Below are positions 27,768-38,203 of a stretch of DNA of 64,000 nt, one piece after another. The notes under the pieces were generated by a model, which worked only from the letters and a program-made list of their open reading frames with translations, ran no database searches and was not told the DNA's origin. The stretch lies in contig JAIRMU010000018.1 of NCBI GenBank assembly GCA_031258545.1, positions 6,303-70,302 of the forward strand. Direction: 5' to 3'. This DNA is from Puniceicoccales bacterium (lineage in GTDB: Bacteria; Verrucomicrobiota; Verrucomicrobiia; Opitutales; UBA9783). Both the position numbers and the translations under genes were made by a program. How positions within the stretch are numbered: the first letter of the stretch is position 1; every line of letters starts with the position of its first letter.

Positions 27768-30700
27768 ATGAGCAATGCTTTCAGGCGAGCTATTAAAGAT
27801 GCCAATGAGGCGGTGGCATCGGTTGCCTATAAATTAAGTGAAATCATTGCCATTTATCCCATTACTCCATCCTCCCCCATGGCAGAATGGTGTGACCAGT
27901 GGTCTGCGGAGCATAAACAAAATCTTTGGGGCATTATTCCCGAAGTGGTTCAATTGCAGTCGGAAGGGGGGGTTGCGGGTACCGTCCATGGAACTTTACA
28001 AGGGGGCGTACTCACCACCACATTTACGGCTTCGCAGGGATTATTGCTGATGATTCCCAACTTGTATAAAATTGCCGGAGAATTAACACCTTTTTGCATG
28101 CACGTAACGGCTCGGGCTCTGGCCACGCATGCCTTGTCCATTTTTGGAGATCATTCGGACGTGATGGCTGTGCGGCAAACGGGATTTGCACTGCTATCAT
28201 CCAATTCCGTCCAGTCGGCTCAAGATTTGGCTGCCATCGCACACGCATCCACCCTCGAAGCTTGCGTCCCATTTCTACACTTTTTTGATGGATTCCGCAC
28301 ATCGCACGAGATCAATACTTACAATCCTTTGGGCGATGATACGTTAAGAGCTTTAATGGACGAAGAAGACATTTTGGCTTTTCGCCATCGTGGACTTTCA
28401 CCCGATGCGCCCGTCATTCGTGGAACGGCTCAAAATCCCGATGTTTATTTTCAATGTCGTGAGGCCAGCAATCGTTTTTATCAAGCGGTCCCCGAAATTG
28501 TGGAAAAAAAGATGCAGTTGTTTAAACAATTGACGGGCAGACGTTACCGGTTATTCGATTACATGGGGCATCCGGAGGCCGAACGTATGTTTGTCATCAT
28601 AGGTTCGGGAAGCGAAACGGTGCATCAAACGGTACGGTATCTTATGGAACAGGGTGAAAAAGTGGGCGTACTACGTGTACACTTGTTTCGTCCATTTTCC
28701 ATAAAATATTTTTTACAAGCCATACCGCGGTCCATAAAGGAAGTAATTGTATTGGATCGGACCAAAGAACCCGGAGCCGTGGCTGAGCCTTTGTGTCAAG
28801 ATGTACAGTCTGCCTTTCAGGAAGGAGTTCGTTTGGGTCAATGTACTTTGCCGCATATCTTGGGCGGACGATACGGGTTGGGTTCCAAAGAATTCAATCC
28901 CAGTATGGTAAAAAGTATTTTTGATGCGGCTGTTCAAGGAACCTTGCAGCCTTCTTTTACAATAGGGATTGAGGATGACGTAACCTGTTTGTCGGTGCCG
29001 GTGAAGGAACACGTCGAACTGGAAAATGATGACACGTTTAGGGCCATCTTTTACGGATTAGGTGCCGATGGAACGGTGGGAGCCAACAAAAATACCGTTA
29101 AAATTATCGGTTCGGAAACCGAACGGTACGCGCAGGCTTATTTTGTGTACGATTCAAAAAAATCCGGTGCGATGACGATTTCACATCTACGATTTGATTC
29201 AAAGCCCATACAAGCCCCCTATTTAATTCAAACGGCACAATTCGTTGCCTGTCACCAATTTCATTTTATTGAGCACTATGATATCTTGGCAAGCTTGCAG
29301 CAGAAAGGTACATTGCTCATCAATGCTCCATTTACGGCGGATCAAGTATGGTCAAAACTCCCCCAAGAAGTCCAGCAAACCCTCGTGGATAAAAATATTC
29401 AAGTGTACGCCATCGATGCCTTTAAGGTGGCAAGAGGAACAGGTATGGGAGGCCGAATTAATACGATTATGCAGACGTGCTTTTTTGCAATTTCAGGCAT
29501 TTTACCCAAAGAAGAGGCCATCCAATGCATCAAAAACGCCATTCAAAAAACCTACGGGAAAAAAGGCGAAAGTGCTGTGCAAAGTAATTATGCTGCGGTG
29601 GATGCAACTTTATCCAATCTACATTTCATTGACTATCAGGGAGTTCAAGAAAAAACACGCAGGCGTATTCCCTTAAATCTAAACGGTGCTTCCGAGTTCG
29701 TCCAAAGGGTAACACGACAATTGCTGGAGCAGAAAGGGGATACTTTGCCGGTGAGCCTCTTTCCCGCCGATGGAACCTGGCCAACGGGAACCACCCGATG
29801 GGAAAAACGCAACATTGCTCAGGAACTTCCCGCATGGGATCCCAATGTTTGCATCCAATGCAATCGTTGTTCGTTAATATGCCCACATGCGGCTATTCGC
29901 TCGAAACATTACGGTAAAACATTTTTAGGAAAAGCTCCTTCTGGGTTCCAATCGGTGGATTTTCGTTCGAAAGAATATCCCAATGAGGCCTTTAGCGTAC
30001 AAATTTATCCGGAAGACTGTACCGCCTGCGGTTTGTGTGCCGAGGTATGTCCGGCAAAAAATAAGACAGATCCCCGTCGTAAAGCTTTAAATATGATCGC
30101 TAAAAATGAGATTTTTGAGCAAGAGAAAGAAAATAGTCGATTTTTTGATACGCTACCTTGGCCGGACACAACGCAGTGTAAACTGGATCTAAAAACCACG
30201 CAATTTAGGCAGCCACTTTTTGAATTCTCCGGAGCTTGTGCCGGTTGCGGTGAAACTCCGTACATTAAACTCATTTCACAACTATTTGGAGATCGCTTGC
30301 TGATCGCTAACGCCACGGGATGTTCTTCCATCTACGGCGGTAATTTACCTACTACACCCTACGCAAAAGACGCAAATGGGCGTGGACCCGCTTGGGCCAA
30401 TTCTCTATTCGAGGATAACGCAGAATTTGGATTGGGCCTCCGCTTATCTTCGGACAAAAAGACGCAAATTGCCAAAAATTTGCTTCGTTCGTTGCATTCG
30501 GAAGTGGGAGAAAATTTGGTGGAACAAATCCTCAACCTAGACCCCAACGATGCAATGCAAGTGCTTGAACAACGCAAATGTATAGAAATGTTACATGAAC
30601 GTTTGCAAACGTTGAATACACCCACTGCCAAACTTTTGTTATCGTTGACTGATTTTTTGGTGGAGAAGTCTGTCTGGATTGTGGGAGGCGACGGTTGGGC

Positions 30701-31307
30701 TTACGATATTGGTTTTGGTGGATTAGACCACGTGTTGGCCAGTGGGCGCAACGTGAATATTTTGGTGCTGGACACGGAAGTTTATTCCAATACGGGCGGA
30801 CAGCAGTCAAAGGCAACTCCGTTGGGTGCGGTTGCAAAATTTGCCGCCGCAGGTAAAGAAAGGGCAAAAAAAGATCTGGGATTATTGGTGATGTCCTACG
30901 GGCACGTTTACGTGGCTCAGATTGCCATAGGCGCTAATCCGGGACAAGCCATAAACGCCATTGTGGAAGCCAATACTTACCCGGGACCTTCTCTGATCAT
31001 CGCCTACAGCCATTGCATTGAACACGGTTACGATTTAAAATATGGTGCAGAGCAACAACGATTGGCAGTGGAATCTGGCTATTGGCCACTGTATCGTTTT
31101 GATCCTCGTCGTAGTTTAAAAAACGAAAACCCAATGCAATTGGATGCCGTTGAGGCTAAAATTCCACTAACAGAATACCTGCAGCGGGAAAATCGATTTA
31201 AGGTTTTGGAAAAATCAAATCCAGAACGTGCAAACGTCTTAAAGGAAAACGCTCAAGCCATTGTTCAAAGTCGGTTGGCGTATTATCATTATCTTGCTCA
31301 GAAATGA
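27768..31307 (+). CDS. nifJ: Pyruvate:ferredoxin (flavodoxin) oxidoreductase, single-polypeptide NifJ/PFOR type
   Basis: Supporting features are N-terminal NEAVASVAYKLSEIIAIYPITPSSPMAEW, two 4Fe-4S motifs (CIQCNRCSLICPHAA and CTACGLCAEVCP) and the TPP site GGDGWAYDIGFGGLDH. I trimmed the start to the ATG at 27768. Confidence 0.95.
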   Translation: MSNAFRRAIKDANEAVASVAYKLSEIIAIYPITPSSPMAEWCDQWSAEHKQNLWGIIPEVVQLQSEGGVAGTVHGTLQGGVLTTTFTASQGLLLMIPNLYKIAGELTPFCMHVTARALATHALSIFGDHSDVMAVRQTGFALLSSNSVQSAQDLAAIAHASTLEACVPFLHFFDGFRTSHEINTYNPLGDDTLRALMDEEDILAFRHRGLSPDAPVIRGTAQNPDVYFQCREASNRFYQAVPEIVEKKMQLFKQLTGRRYRLFDYMGHPEAERMFVIIGSGSETVHQTVRYLMEQGEKVGVLRVHLFRPFSIKYFLQAIPRSIKEVIVLDRTKEPGAVAEPLCQDVQSAFQEGVRLGQCTLPHILGGRYGLGSKEFNPSMVKSIFDAAVQGTLQPSFTIGIEDDVTCLSVPVKEHVELENDDTFRAIFYGLGADGTVGANKNTVKIIGSETERYAQAYFVYDSKKSGAMTISHLRFDSKPIQAPYLIQTAQFVACHQFHFIEHYDILASLQQKGTLLINAPFTADQVWSKLPQEVQQTLVDKNIQVYAIDAFKVARGTGMGGRINTIMQTCFFAISGILPKEEAIQCIKNAIQKTYGKKGESAVQSNYAAVDATLSNLHFIDYQGVQEKTRRRIPLNLNGASEFVQRVTRQLLEQKGDTLPVSLFPADGTWPTGTTRWEKRNIAQELPAWDPNVCIQCNRCSLICPHAAIRSKHYGKTFLGKAPSGFQSVDFRSKEYPNEAFSVQIYPEDCTACGLCAEVCPAKNKTDPRRKALNMIAKNEIFEQEKENSRFFDTLPWPDTTQCKLDLKTTQFRQPLFEFSGACAGCGETPYIKLISQLFGDRLLIANATGCSSIYGGNLPTTPYAKDANGRGPAWANSLFEDNAEFGLGLRLSSDKKTQIAKNLLRSLHSEVGENLVEQILNLDPNDAMQVLEQRKCIEMLHERLQTLNTPTAKLLLSLTDFLVEKSVWIVGGDGWAYDIGFGGLDHVLASGRNVNILVLDTEVYSNTGGQQSKATPLGAVAKFAAAGKERAKKDLGLLVMSYGHVYVAQIAIGANPGQAINAIVEANTYPGPSLIIAYSHCIEHGYDLKYGAEQQRLAVESGYWPLYRFDPRRSLKNENPMQLDAVEAKIPLTEYLQRENRFKVLEKSNPERANVLKENAQAIVQSRLAYYHYLAQK

Positions 31308-31391
31308 GTTATCATCTATGAAGCGCCTTGCAAAAACAGTCTGTGTGAATAATTCATTACGATGTAAAAAAATGCATGTGCAATCGTTTAT

Positions 31392-31991
31392 ATGAAGCAT
31401 GAGCTAAACGCGCAACGCTTGCAGAAGCTACTTGTCGATAAGCGTATCCATTATCCTTTATTTGTTTACGAGGTTATCGATAGTACAAATTTAGAAGCTT
31501 TTCGACTGTTGGATACGGTACAGGATCGATGTGTTATTGTTTTAAGTAAAATTCAAACCCAAGGGAGAGGTACTCACGGTCGTATTTGGGAAGACAATCA
31601 TGGACAACTCAGTTTAAGCGTTGGATTTAGAGAACGCATATTACCAGAAAAATTGAGTGAAATTCGAGTTTTACTCAATCGGTGCTTTTGTGAGAAATTG
31701 GTGCAGTTATTTCGCAAGCCTTTTTGCCTAAAAGATCCCAACGATATTCTGTGGAAAGATAAGAAGCTCAGTGGTATGTTATTGGAATCAAAAGTTGAAA
31801 ACGACTTGACGACGGCTTGGGTCATGGGTTTTGGAATGAACGTGTATCGCACTCAGAAGAAACTTTGGTCAAAGGAGGTTCAAGAAAGCGCTGTATCTTT
31901 GCAGGACATTGTAGTAGACCAAAAAATTGACATCAATTTTTTGGCTGCGGAATTTATTCAGATAACGTTATCTCAACATCCATTGTCATAA
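31392..31991 (+). CDS. birA: Biotin--[acetyl-CoA-carboxylase] ligase (short, catalytic domain only)
   Basis: QTQGRGTHGRIWE matches the GRGRxGRxW biotin-binding loop, and KDPNDILWKDKKLSGMLLE is also typical. At 199 aa it has no HTH domain. Confidence 0.8.
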   Translation: MKHELNAQRLQKLLVDKRIHYPLFVYEVIDSTNLEAFRLLDTVQDRCVIVLSKIQTQGRGTHGRIWEDNHGQLSLSVGFRERILPEKLSEIRVLLNRCFCEKLVQLFRKPFCLKDPNDILWKDKKLSGMLLESKVENDLTTAWVMGFGMNVYRTQKKLWSKEVQESAVSLQDIVVDQKIDINFLAAEFIQITLSQHPLS

Positions 31992-32097
31992 CAATGGTAG
32001 ACTTTCATTTTTAAAGCAAAATCAAGTTTTCTTACTCTAGATTTGAAAAACATTACGCGTAATAAGCCCGTTGGACGCTTATAAATATGAATAACAC

Positions 32098-33165
32098 TTA
32101 GGCAGCAACATCGTCTGCAGATAAGGGAGTCCCCATTTCTAGGTTACGTTTTGCTTGTTTTCCCAAAACTTGTTCCCAATGTTTGGGAGCTAATCCAAAA
32201 GCAGGGCGTATAATTTTTAAATTTTCCGTTGAAAAAACTTCTCCCTTTTTGATTCGTTTACATACATAGATAGAACGCCTATATTTAAGGTGATATGGAT
32301 CGTCTTCTTGACCGATAGGTCCAATGACCGCTTCTCCAAGCTCTTTGTGCAATTCTTTTGCGGCGCGCACCATGACACCAAATTCTTTTGGTTCCAGAGA
32401 AATTTTACTGTCCATTGCGTCATCTTGACGCGTAAGTATGAGATGCTTTTCTATGAGGCAGGCTCCCAGAGCAATGCTTCCAAGGACCATGTTGTGCGAC
32501 AGAAAATGATCCGAAATGCCCACGGGACAGGCATATTTTTTTTGTAGTTGCGAGATGGACCGTAGATTTAAACCTAGTTGGCCTGTTTTATCCGGGAAGA
32601 TGCATTTTAATAACATCCATTGCGTACATCCATGATCGCGTAACGTTTCAATAGCCTCTTCTATTTCTTCGGGCTTTGCCAGTCCTGCACTTAAAATGAC
32701 AGGTTTTTGGGTGGATGCTACCTTTTTGAGTAATGGCAAATGGGTTATTTCAGAGGATGAAATTTTGTATACGGGTGGATGAATTGTTTTTTCCAAAAAA
32801 TCGACGGATGTCTCATCAAAAGGGGTACTAAAGAGTGCAATATTTAACTTTTTTGCATAATCTGCTAAATCTTCATGCCATGCCCATGGAATACAGTTAA
32901 ACTGATACAGATCGTATAAATATTGGATTTTTCCGAACCCATTAATCTTGAACTGATCATTCCTAATGGGTAAAGTAAGCGTATCTGCCGTGTACGTTTG
33001 TATCTTTACGGCATCAGCTCCACCATCCTTGGCGTGCTTTATGAGTCCTCTGGCGTGTTCAATGCACTGTTGGTGATTACTGGATAACTCTGCAACAAAA
33101 TAAGGTTCATGCTGAGGTCCAATAGGGCGGCCAGAAATATTAAAGCAAGTTCTTTTTTTGATCAT
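32098..33165 (-). CDS. NeuB-family nonulosonic acid synthase (sialic / pseudaminic / legionaminic acid synthase)
   Basis: An N-terminal TIM-barrel NeuB pattern (PYFVAELSSNHQQ, GADAVKIQTY, ISSSEITHLPLL) is joined to a C-terminal SAF domain (RRSIYVCKRIKKGEVFSTENLKIIRPAFGL). Confidence 0.85.
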   Translation of the reverse strand: MIKKRTCFNISGRPIGPQHEPYFVAELSSNHQQCIEHARGLIKHAKDGGADAVKIQTYTADTLTLPIRNDQFKINGFGKIQYLYDLYQFNCIPWAWHEDLADYAKKLNIALFSTPFDETSVDFLEKTIHPPVYKISSSEITHLPLLKKVASTQKPVILSAGLAKPEEIEEAIETLRDHGCTQWMLLKCIFPDKTGQLGLNLRSISQLQKKYACPVGISDHFLSHNMVLGSIALGACLIEKHLILTRQDDAMDSKISLEPKEFGVMVRAAKELHKELGEAVIGPIGQEDDPYHLKYRRSIYVCKRIKKGEVFSTENLKIIRPAFGLAPKHWEQVLGKQAKRNLEMGTPLSADDVAA

Positions 33166-33805
33166 TGGAAGTGTCCACTATTTTTAAGATGTTGAGTTGA
33201 CTTAAAAAGGTATCGCCTTCCGGGAAGCATGCTAATTCTTTGCGGTAGTCGTCAAAGGCTTTGGAATCATTTTTTTGGTGCGCCATGTAGCTGAGTGCAT
33301 AGAAAGCTTGGGCTCGGATATAGTTGGAAGAACAACGAATCAGGTTAAGAAAAGTTTTTTCAGCTTCTTCTACATTAAGCGCATAAATGTTTGAAAATGC
33401 GTAACCTAATTGTGCTTGTTCCAAGAGGGGAGAAATGGTTAAATGTTGCATTGCTTTTTGATAGTAATGAGCGGCAGGTAAATAGTTTTTATGACTAAAA
33501 TCGTCATTTGCTTTTTCAAGGAAGGTAAACCCTTGTAGCGATTTTAATCCTTGAGGTAAGGTTTTTTCTGCCCATTGTAAACGTTCAGGTAATGTTTTTT
33601 GCTGTTCGTATTGGGCAAGGTAATACTGAACGCGTTTCCTCTGGCACCACTTTACCAATAAGAATGAGGCCCACGTACACACAATTACAGCAACTGCGGA
33701 GGCCAAAATTTTCCAATAACGTTCTAACCATACCCAAATTTTAAATTCTGTAGGCATATCTTCCTTTGCCTTAACTTCCTCAGAAATCTTCTGACTTTTC
33801 TTCAC
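33140..33805 (-). CDS. Membrane-anchored TPR-like protein (YfgM-like)
   Basis: A charged N-terminus and one TM helix (ILASAVAVIVCTWASFLLV) are followed by helical TPR-like repeats (AAHYYQKAMQH, AQLGYAFSNIY, AQAFYALSYMA). It overlaps the neuB-like start by 26 nt. Confidence 0.4.
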   Translation of the reverse strand: MKKSQKISEEVKAKEDMPTEFKIWVWLERYWKILASAVAVIVCTWASFLLVKWCQRKRVQYYLAQYEQQKTLPERLQWAEKTLPQGLKSLQGFTFLEKANDDFSHKNYLPAAHYYQKAMQHLTISPLLEQAQLGYAFSNIYALNVEEAEKTFLNLIRCSSNYIRAQAFYALSYMAHQKNDSKAFDDYRKELACFPEGDTFLSQLNILKIVDTSNDQKKNLL

Positions 33806-33914
33806 GCTACCAATATAAAAATGTTTGTTTGGATAGTCAACCTTCTTGCGGTATTATTTTTGATGAAACATTGGGTGTGGCATAAATTGTATGCGGCCAA
33901 TACCTCTCGCTATT

Positions 33915-35774
33915 TTACATCTTAAAATTGGGGATTAATGTGCGTATGAATCGAATGCTTTCTTCATCGCCACTTAATTTTTCTATTTCCTGCAAACATT
34001 CATCTACCGTACGTGCGTATGTCAAAGATTCCATGGAGTCTTTCGTAAGCCATATGTGTGGATTGATGGTTTTATCGAAGTGATCTGGATGATAGACTAA
34101 ATCTTCATGCAGTTTTTCTCCTGGCCGAATACCCGTAAATATAATTTCGATATCGGTACCCACACGAAGGTTGTTCAGTTCGATCATTTTTTTGGCCACG
34201 TCTAGGATTTTTACCGGACTTCCCATGTCTAAAACAAAAGTCTTTCCAGCCACCGATTCAAAGGATGAAGCTTCCAAAATGAGTCCAACAGCTTCCGGAA
34301 TGGTCATAAAGAAACGTGTCATTTGGGGGTGCGTTACTGTAATGGGGCCTCCACGTGCAATTTGTTCTTTAAAGATTGGCAGTACGCTACCGGCCGATCC
34401 TAGAACATTGCCAAATCGGACCGCCATAAATTGAGTTCGATTTTCAGTTTGATGCTGCAAAGCCATGCAAAGCATTTCGGCAATTCGTTTGGATGCCCCC
34501 ATGTTGTTAATGGGATTGATGGCCTTATCGGTGGAAATCAGTACAAATCTTTCCACTTCCATTTTACTGGCTAATCTTGCCAGTATGCCCGTACCCAAAG
34601 CGTTATTTTTTAAAGCTATAAGGGACTGATTTTCTAATAACGGAACGTGTTTGTAGGCGGCTGTATGATAAATAAAATGAGGATGATATTTTTGCAGACA
34701 GCTTTCAACATCCCGGGCGTTACTTACATCTATTAAAATGGGTATACAAGATAAGCCTTCGTGTAGTAGATCTTGTTCGATTTTAAACAAATTGTATTCC
34801 GAATGGTCCATTAGAATAAGTTGACTCGGATGCTTAATGGCAATCTGTCTAGAGAGTTCTCGACCGATGGAACCTCCGGCGCCTGTGATGGCAACAACTC
34901 GATTGTCAATGAGTGTCGTACTCCGATCCAAATTTAAGTGTATAGGTTCTCTTTCCAAAAAATCTTCTACATCTAACGTACGTAAGCGCGTTGCAAAGGC
35001 ATGGCCTTCAACGAATTCTCCAAAAGATGGGACTGTTAGAAGTTTCAGATTGAGTTCTTGAGCCAATCGCGCAAGTTCGTTGAGGCGTCTAATGGGAAGA
35101 CTATGCGACGCGAGTACCATTCCCTCAATTTCGTAACGCTCTTTGTAATCTCGCAGGCATTCGGGTGGACCCAATACGGGGATTTCGTGTAAAGTTCTGC
35201 CATAGTATTTTGAATCATCATCCACCACCCCCACGGGCATTAGACCGTAGAATCGTTTACTCTTTAGTTCTGTGATGATATTGGACCCCGCTTCATGGGT
35301 CCCAACAATGGCAACGTTAATGGTTCCTGGACGGTCTTGGTGAGTTTTATTGAAAGTTTCATGATTATTAATGATACGCAGACTTGTTCTAAAGAATAAT
35401 ATAAACAAAATCGAAAATAACAAATCTGCCAAAATAATTTCCCGAGAGGGAAGCGGTGAGCTTTGAGCACAAAATTTTAATAGCAAGAAAATAAAGGATA
35501 TTACGGAAAAACAGCTCACAATTTTGACCAAATCCGGCAAACGAAAATAAGAAAAAATGCCCTTAAATTCACCTACCAATACAAGCGTAATTATCTTTAT
35601 GGGAACCAACGTACAAATGTTATGCCACATAATTTTTTGTACGGATAGAGGAATTGAAAATTCGTACTTGAGGATATATGCAAGTGCTATACTTAAAGCC
35701 AAACAGAAACTGTAAATGCCCAGTTTTAAGCTATAGATAAACAACTTTAACATAACGTGCCACAAGCTATACAA
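33915..35774 (-). CDS. Membrane-bound polysaccharide biosynthesis nucleotide-sugar 4,6-dehydratase (CapD/PglF/WbpM family)
   Basis: It has four N-terminal TM helices and two Rossmann regions (VAIVGTHEAG and VAITGAGGSIGREL). The SDR catalytic context is HTAAYKHVPL, and GNVLGSAGSVLP is also present. Confidence 0.85.
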   Translation of the reverse strand: MYSLWHVMLKLFIYSLKLGIYSFCLALSIALAYILKYEFSIPLSVQKIMWHNICTLVPIKIITLVLVGEFKGIFSYFRLPDLVKIVSCFSVISFIFLLLKFCAQSSPLPSREIILADLLFSILFILFFRTSLRIINNHETFNKTHQDRPGTINVAIVGTHEAGSNIITELKSKRFYGLMPVGVVDDDSKYYGRTLHEIPVLGPPECLRDYKERYEIEGMVLASHSLPIRRLNELARLAQELNLKLLTVPSFGEFVEGHAFATRLRTLDVEDFLEREPIHLNLDRSTTLIDNRVVAITGAGGSIGRELSRQIAIKHPSQLILMDHSEYNLFKIEQDLLHEGLSCIPILIDVSNARDVESCLQKYHPHFIYHTAAYKHVPLLENQSLIALKNNALGTGILARLASKMEVERFVLISTDKAINPINNMGASKRIAEMLCMALQHQTENRTQFMAVRFGNVLGSAGSVLPIFKEQIARGGPITVTHPQMTRFFMTIPEAVGLILEASSFESVAGKTFVLDMGSPVKILDVAKKMIELNNLRVGTDIEIIFTGIRPGEKLHEDLVYHPDHFDKTINPHIWLTKDSMESLTYARTVDECLQEIEKLSGDEESIRFIRTLIPNFKM

Positions 35775-35804
35775 AAGAACTCAACGCAACCTCCTTGTGC
35801 AGAC

Positions 35805-37478
35805 TTATTCGGAGCGCTTAGCCTGTGTTGCTTGATCCAATAAATCCCCCAAATTGGTTAAATCTTGATTGGCATCGATCGTGTCGTATAACTTAATTTC
35901 TTCTGCCAAACGTGATTCGTCATAGGTGGCGGCTTTAATGGATAAACCTAGGCGACGTTCATCCTTATCAACTTTGATAACACGCACCTCCACGGTATCG
36001 CCCACCTTGATAATATTTTTGAGCTTTTCGACATGCTCTTCACTCATTTGACTAATATGTACAAGTCCATCAATGTCATTTTGGAGTTCGATAAAGGCAC
36101 CATAGGAAGTCACTTTGGCCACTTTGCCCGTAACGATGTCACCAATTTTATACAACGTTTCAATATTGGACCATGGGTCTTCGCTTAATTGTTTAATGCC
36201 CAACGAAATACGCTGCTGAGAAGGATCTACTTCCAACACAATGGCATCGATTTCATCTCCCTTTTTTAACATTTCATTCGGGTGATTAATTTTACGCGTC
36301 CAAGTCATGTCTGAAACATGGACCATGCCATCAATACCTTCTTCCAATTCAACAAAGGCACCATAGGTTGTTAAGTTGCGCACCTTACCGCGTACATGGG
36401 CTCCAACGGGGTAGTTGTGCAGGACCATATCCCATGGATTTTCTGATAATTGACGAATCCCTAAGGAAATTTTTTGCTCATTTTTTTGAACGTCCAATAT
36501 GACCGCTTCAACTTCATCGCCCACGCGCAATATTTCGCTGGGTTTACCAATGCGCTTTGTCCAAGAGAATTCTGTAATGTGAATGAGTCCTTCGACACCC
36601 TCTTCTAGTTCAACAAAGGCACCGTAGGGAACTAAATTAACCACTTTGCCGCGCACTTTGGAACCTACCGGATAACGTCTTTCGATTTGGTCCCATGGAT
36701 TGGCATGCATCTGTTTGATCCCCAGAGAAACACGTTCTTTGTCGCGATCGATGTCGGTAATCATCACTTCAATTTCTTCCCCCACCTTGAGCATTTCATT
36801 GGGATGAGAAATGCGTCCCCAAGTCATGTCGGTGATGTGTAACAATCCGTCCAGTCCATCCAAATCGATGAAAGTTCCATAATCGGTGATATTTTTGACA
36901 ATACCTTTACGTATGGAACCCACTTCAATTTCCTTCAGGATTTGTTGACGTTTCTTTTGGCGTTGAGATTCAATTAATTCGCGGCGAGAAACAACAATGT
37001 TGCGGCGTTCTTTGTTAATTTTTACGATTTTTAAATCGAAAGTTTGACCTATGTACTGATCTAAATTTTTGGGAGCCTGAACATCAATTTGAGAAGCCGG
37101 CAAAAACGCATCTACGCCGATGCTAACGATTAGGCCGCCTTTAATTTTTCCTTTTACACGTCCGGAAACCTCTTCGCCTTCTTCGCATTTTTCCAAAATG
37201 TTTTCCCAATTTTTTTGCTGTTGGGCTTTATCGTACGATAAAACGGGACGGCCTTCTATATTTTCGACACGCTCAACAAAGACTTCTACTTGTTCGCCCA
37301 CCGATAGTTCATCAAAATTTGGAAATTCATTGGCGGGAATAATCCCTTCCGTTTTGGCTCCAATGTTGACGGCAACTTCATTGGGTCGAATTTCAAAAAT
37401 CGTGCCCGTAACAATTGAGTTTTGTTTTAAACATTTAAGTGAGTTTGCATCCAGCAAACTATCCATGATGGTTGTCAT
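35805..37478 (-). CDS. rpsA: 30S ribosomal protein S1
   Basis: It carries six S1/OB repeats (GRVKGKIKGGLIVSIG, GIVKNITDYGTFIDL, GKVVNLVPYGAFVEL, GKVRNLTTYGAFVEL, GKVAKVTSYGAFIEL). Confidence 0.95.
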   Translation of the reverse strand: MTTIMDSLLDANSLKCLKQNSIVTGTIFEIRPNEVAVNIGAKTEGIIPANEFPNFDELSVGEQVEVFVERVENIEGRPVLSYDKAQQQKNWENILEKCEEGEEVSGRVKGKIKGGLIVSIGVDAFLPASQIDVQAPKNLDQYIGQTFDLKIVKINKERRNIVVSRRELIESQRQKKRQQILKEIEVGSIRKGIVKNITDYGTFIDLDGLDGLLHITDMTWGRISHPNEMLKVGEEIEVMITDIDRDKERVSLGIKQMHANPWDQIERRYPVGSKVRGKVVNLVPYGAFVELEEGVEGLIHITEFSWTKRIGKPSEILRVGDEVEAVILDVQKNEQKISLGIRQLSENPWDMVLHNYPVGAHVRGKVRNLTTYGAFVELEEGIDGMVHVSDMTWTRKINHPNEMLKKGDEIDAIVLEVDPSQQRISLGIKQLSEDPWSNIETLYKIGDIVTGKVAKVTSYGAFIELQNDIDGLVHISQMSEEHVEKLKNIIKVGDTVEVRVIKVDKDERRLGLSIKAATYDESRLAEEIKLYDTIDANQDLTNLGDLLDQATQAKRSE

Positions 37479-37717
37479 AATTTATACTTATCTCCCACAA
37501 GGATTTCCCTCGTAAAAGGGTTAAGGGTTACCTATTGATCTACGCATGCTACCATGTGGCATATTATTGGATGAATCAATGCAAAAATGCAAATAATTTA
37601 ATTCCACTGCCGACTTAAAGATTGGATCGTAAAATACTTGTTTTTAATTACACATTCTCTATAATTATCAACGTGTTGGCATTGACATGCAAAGTCCTCT
37701 TATGCCATACGTACCTT

Positions 37718-38203
37718 ATGGATAACGCAGAGGAATCCGTTTATTGGATTAATGAAAATGAAGATTCCGTATTGGTCAGAATCAAAGGGAGGGCTACCTA
37801 TTTAAATTGTTCATCCCTGAATGAGTTTTTGCAAAAAAAACTTAAAGAAAATTGTTTTAGGTATTGTTTTTTATTTGAAGAGTGCAGCGGCATCGATAGT
37901 ACGTGTCTTGGAATTTTAGCCGGATTAGCTCTAAAATTAAGAAACCTGGGCGGACTTTGCATATTCAGTGGTTTAAACGAGAAGCTTTTGGCAACGGTTA
38001 AACTCCTTGGGTTAGATTTGTGGGTTCAGTTGGTCGAAGATATTGTGCGTGTAGAACAAGTGGGATTCTGCCTAAAAAATGAACAAACATGGGGCATACA
38101 ATCTGAATTTTTACTGAATGCTCACAAATTTTTGATGGAAATTAATGCACAAAATAGAGTTCGATTTCAGGATGTTGTACAATATTTGTCTTCACAAAAA
38201 TGA
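37718..38203 (+). CDS. STAS-domain protein (anti-sigma-factor-antagonist-like, RsbV/SpoIIAA family) with C-terminal extension
   Basis: VLVRIKGRATYLNCSSLNEFLQK ... FEECSGIDSTCLGILAGLALKLRNLGGLCIFSGLNEKLLATVKLLGLD matches the STAS pattern, including the phosphorylatable Ser context (DST). I trimmed the start to the ATG at 37718. It overlaps the next gene by 4 nt. Confidence 0.6.
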   Translation: MDNAEESVYWINENEDSVLVRIKGRATYLNCSSLNEFLQKKLKENCFRYCFLFEECSGIDSTCLGILAGLALKLRNLGGLCIFSGLNEKLLATVKLLGLDLWVQLVEDIVRVEQVGFCLKNEQTWGIQSEFLLNAHKFLMEINAQNRVRFQDVVQYLSSQK

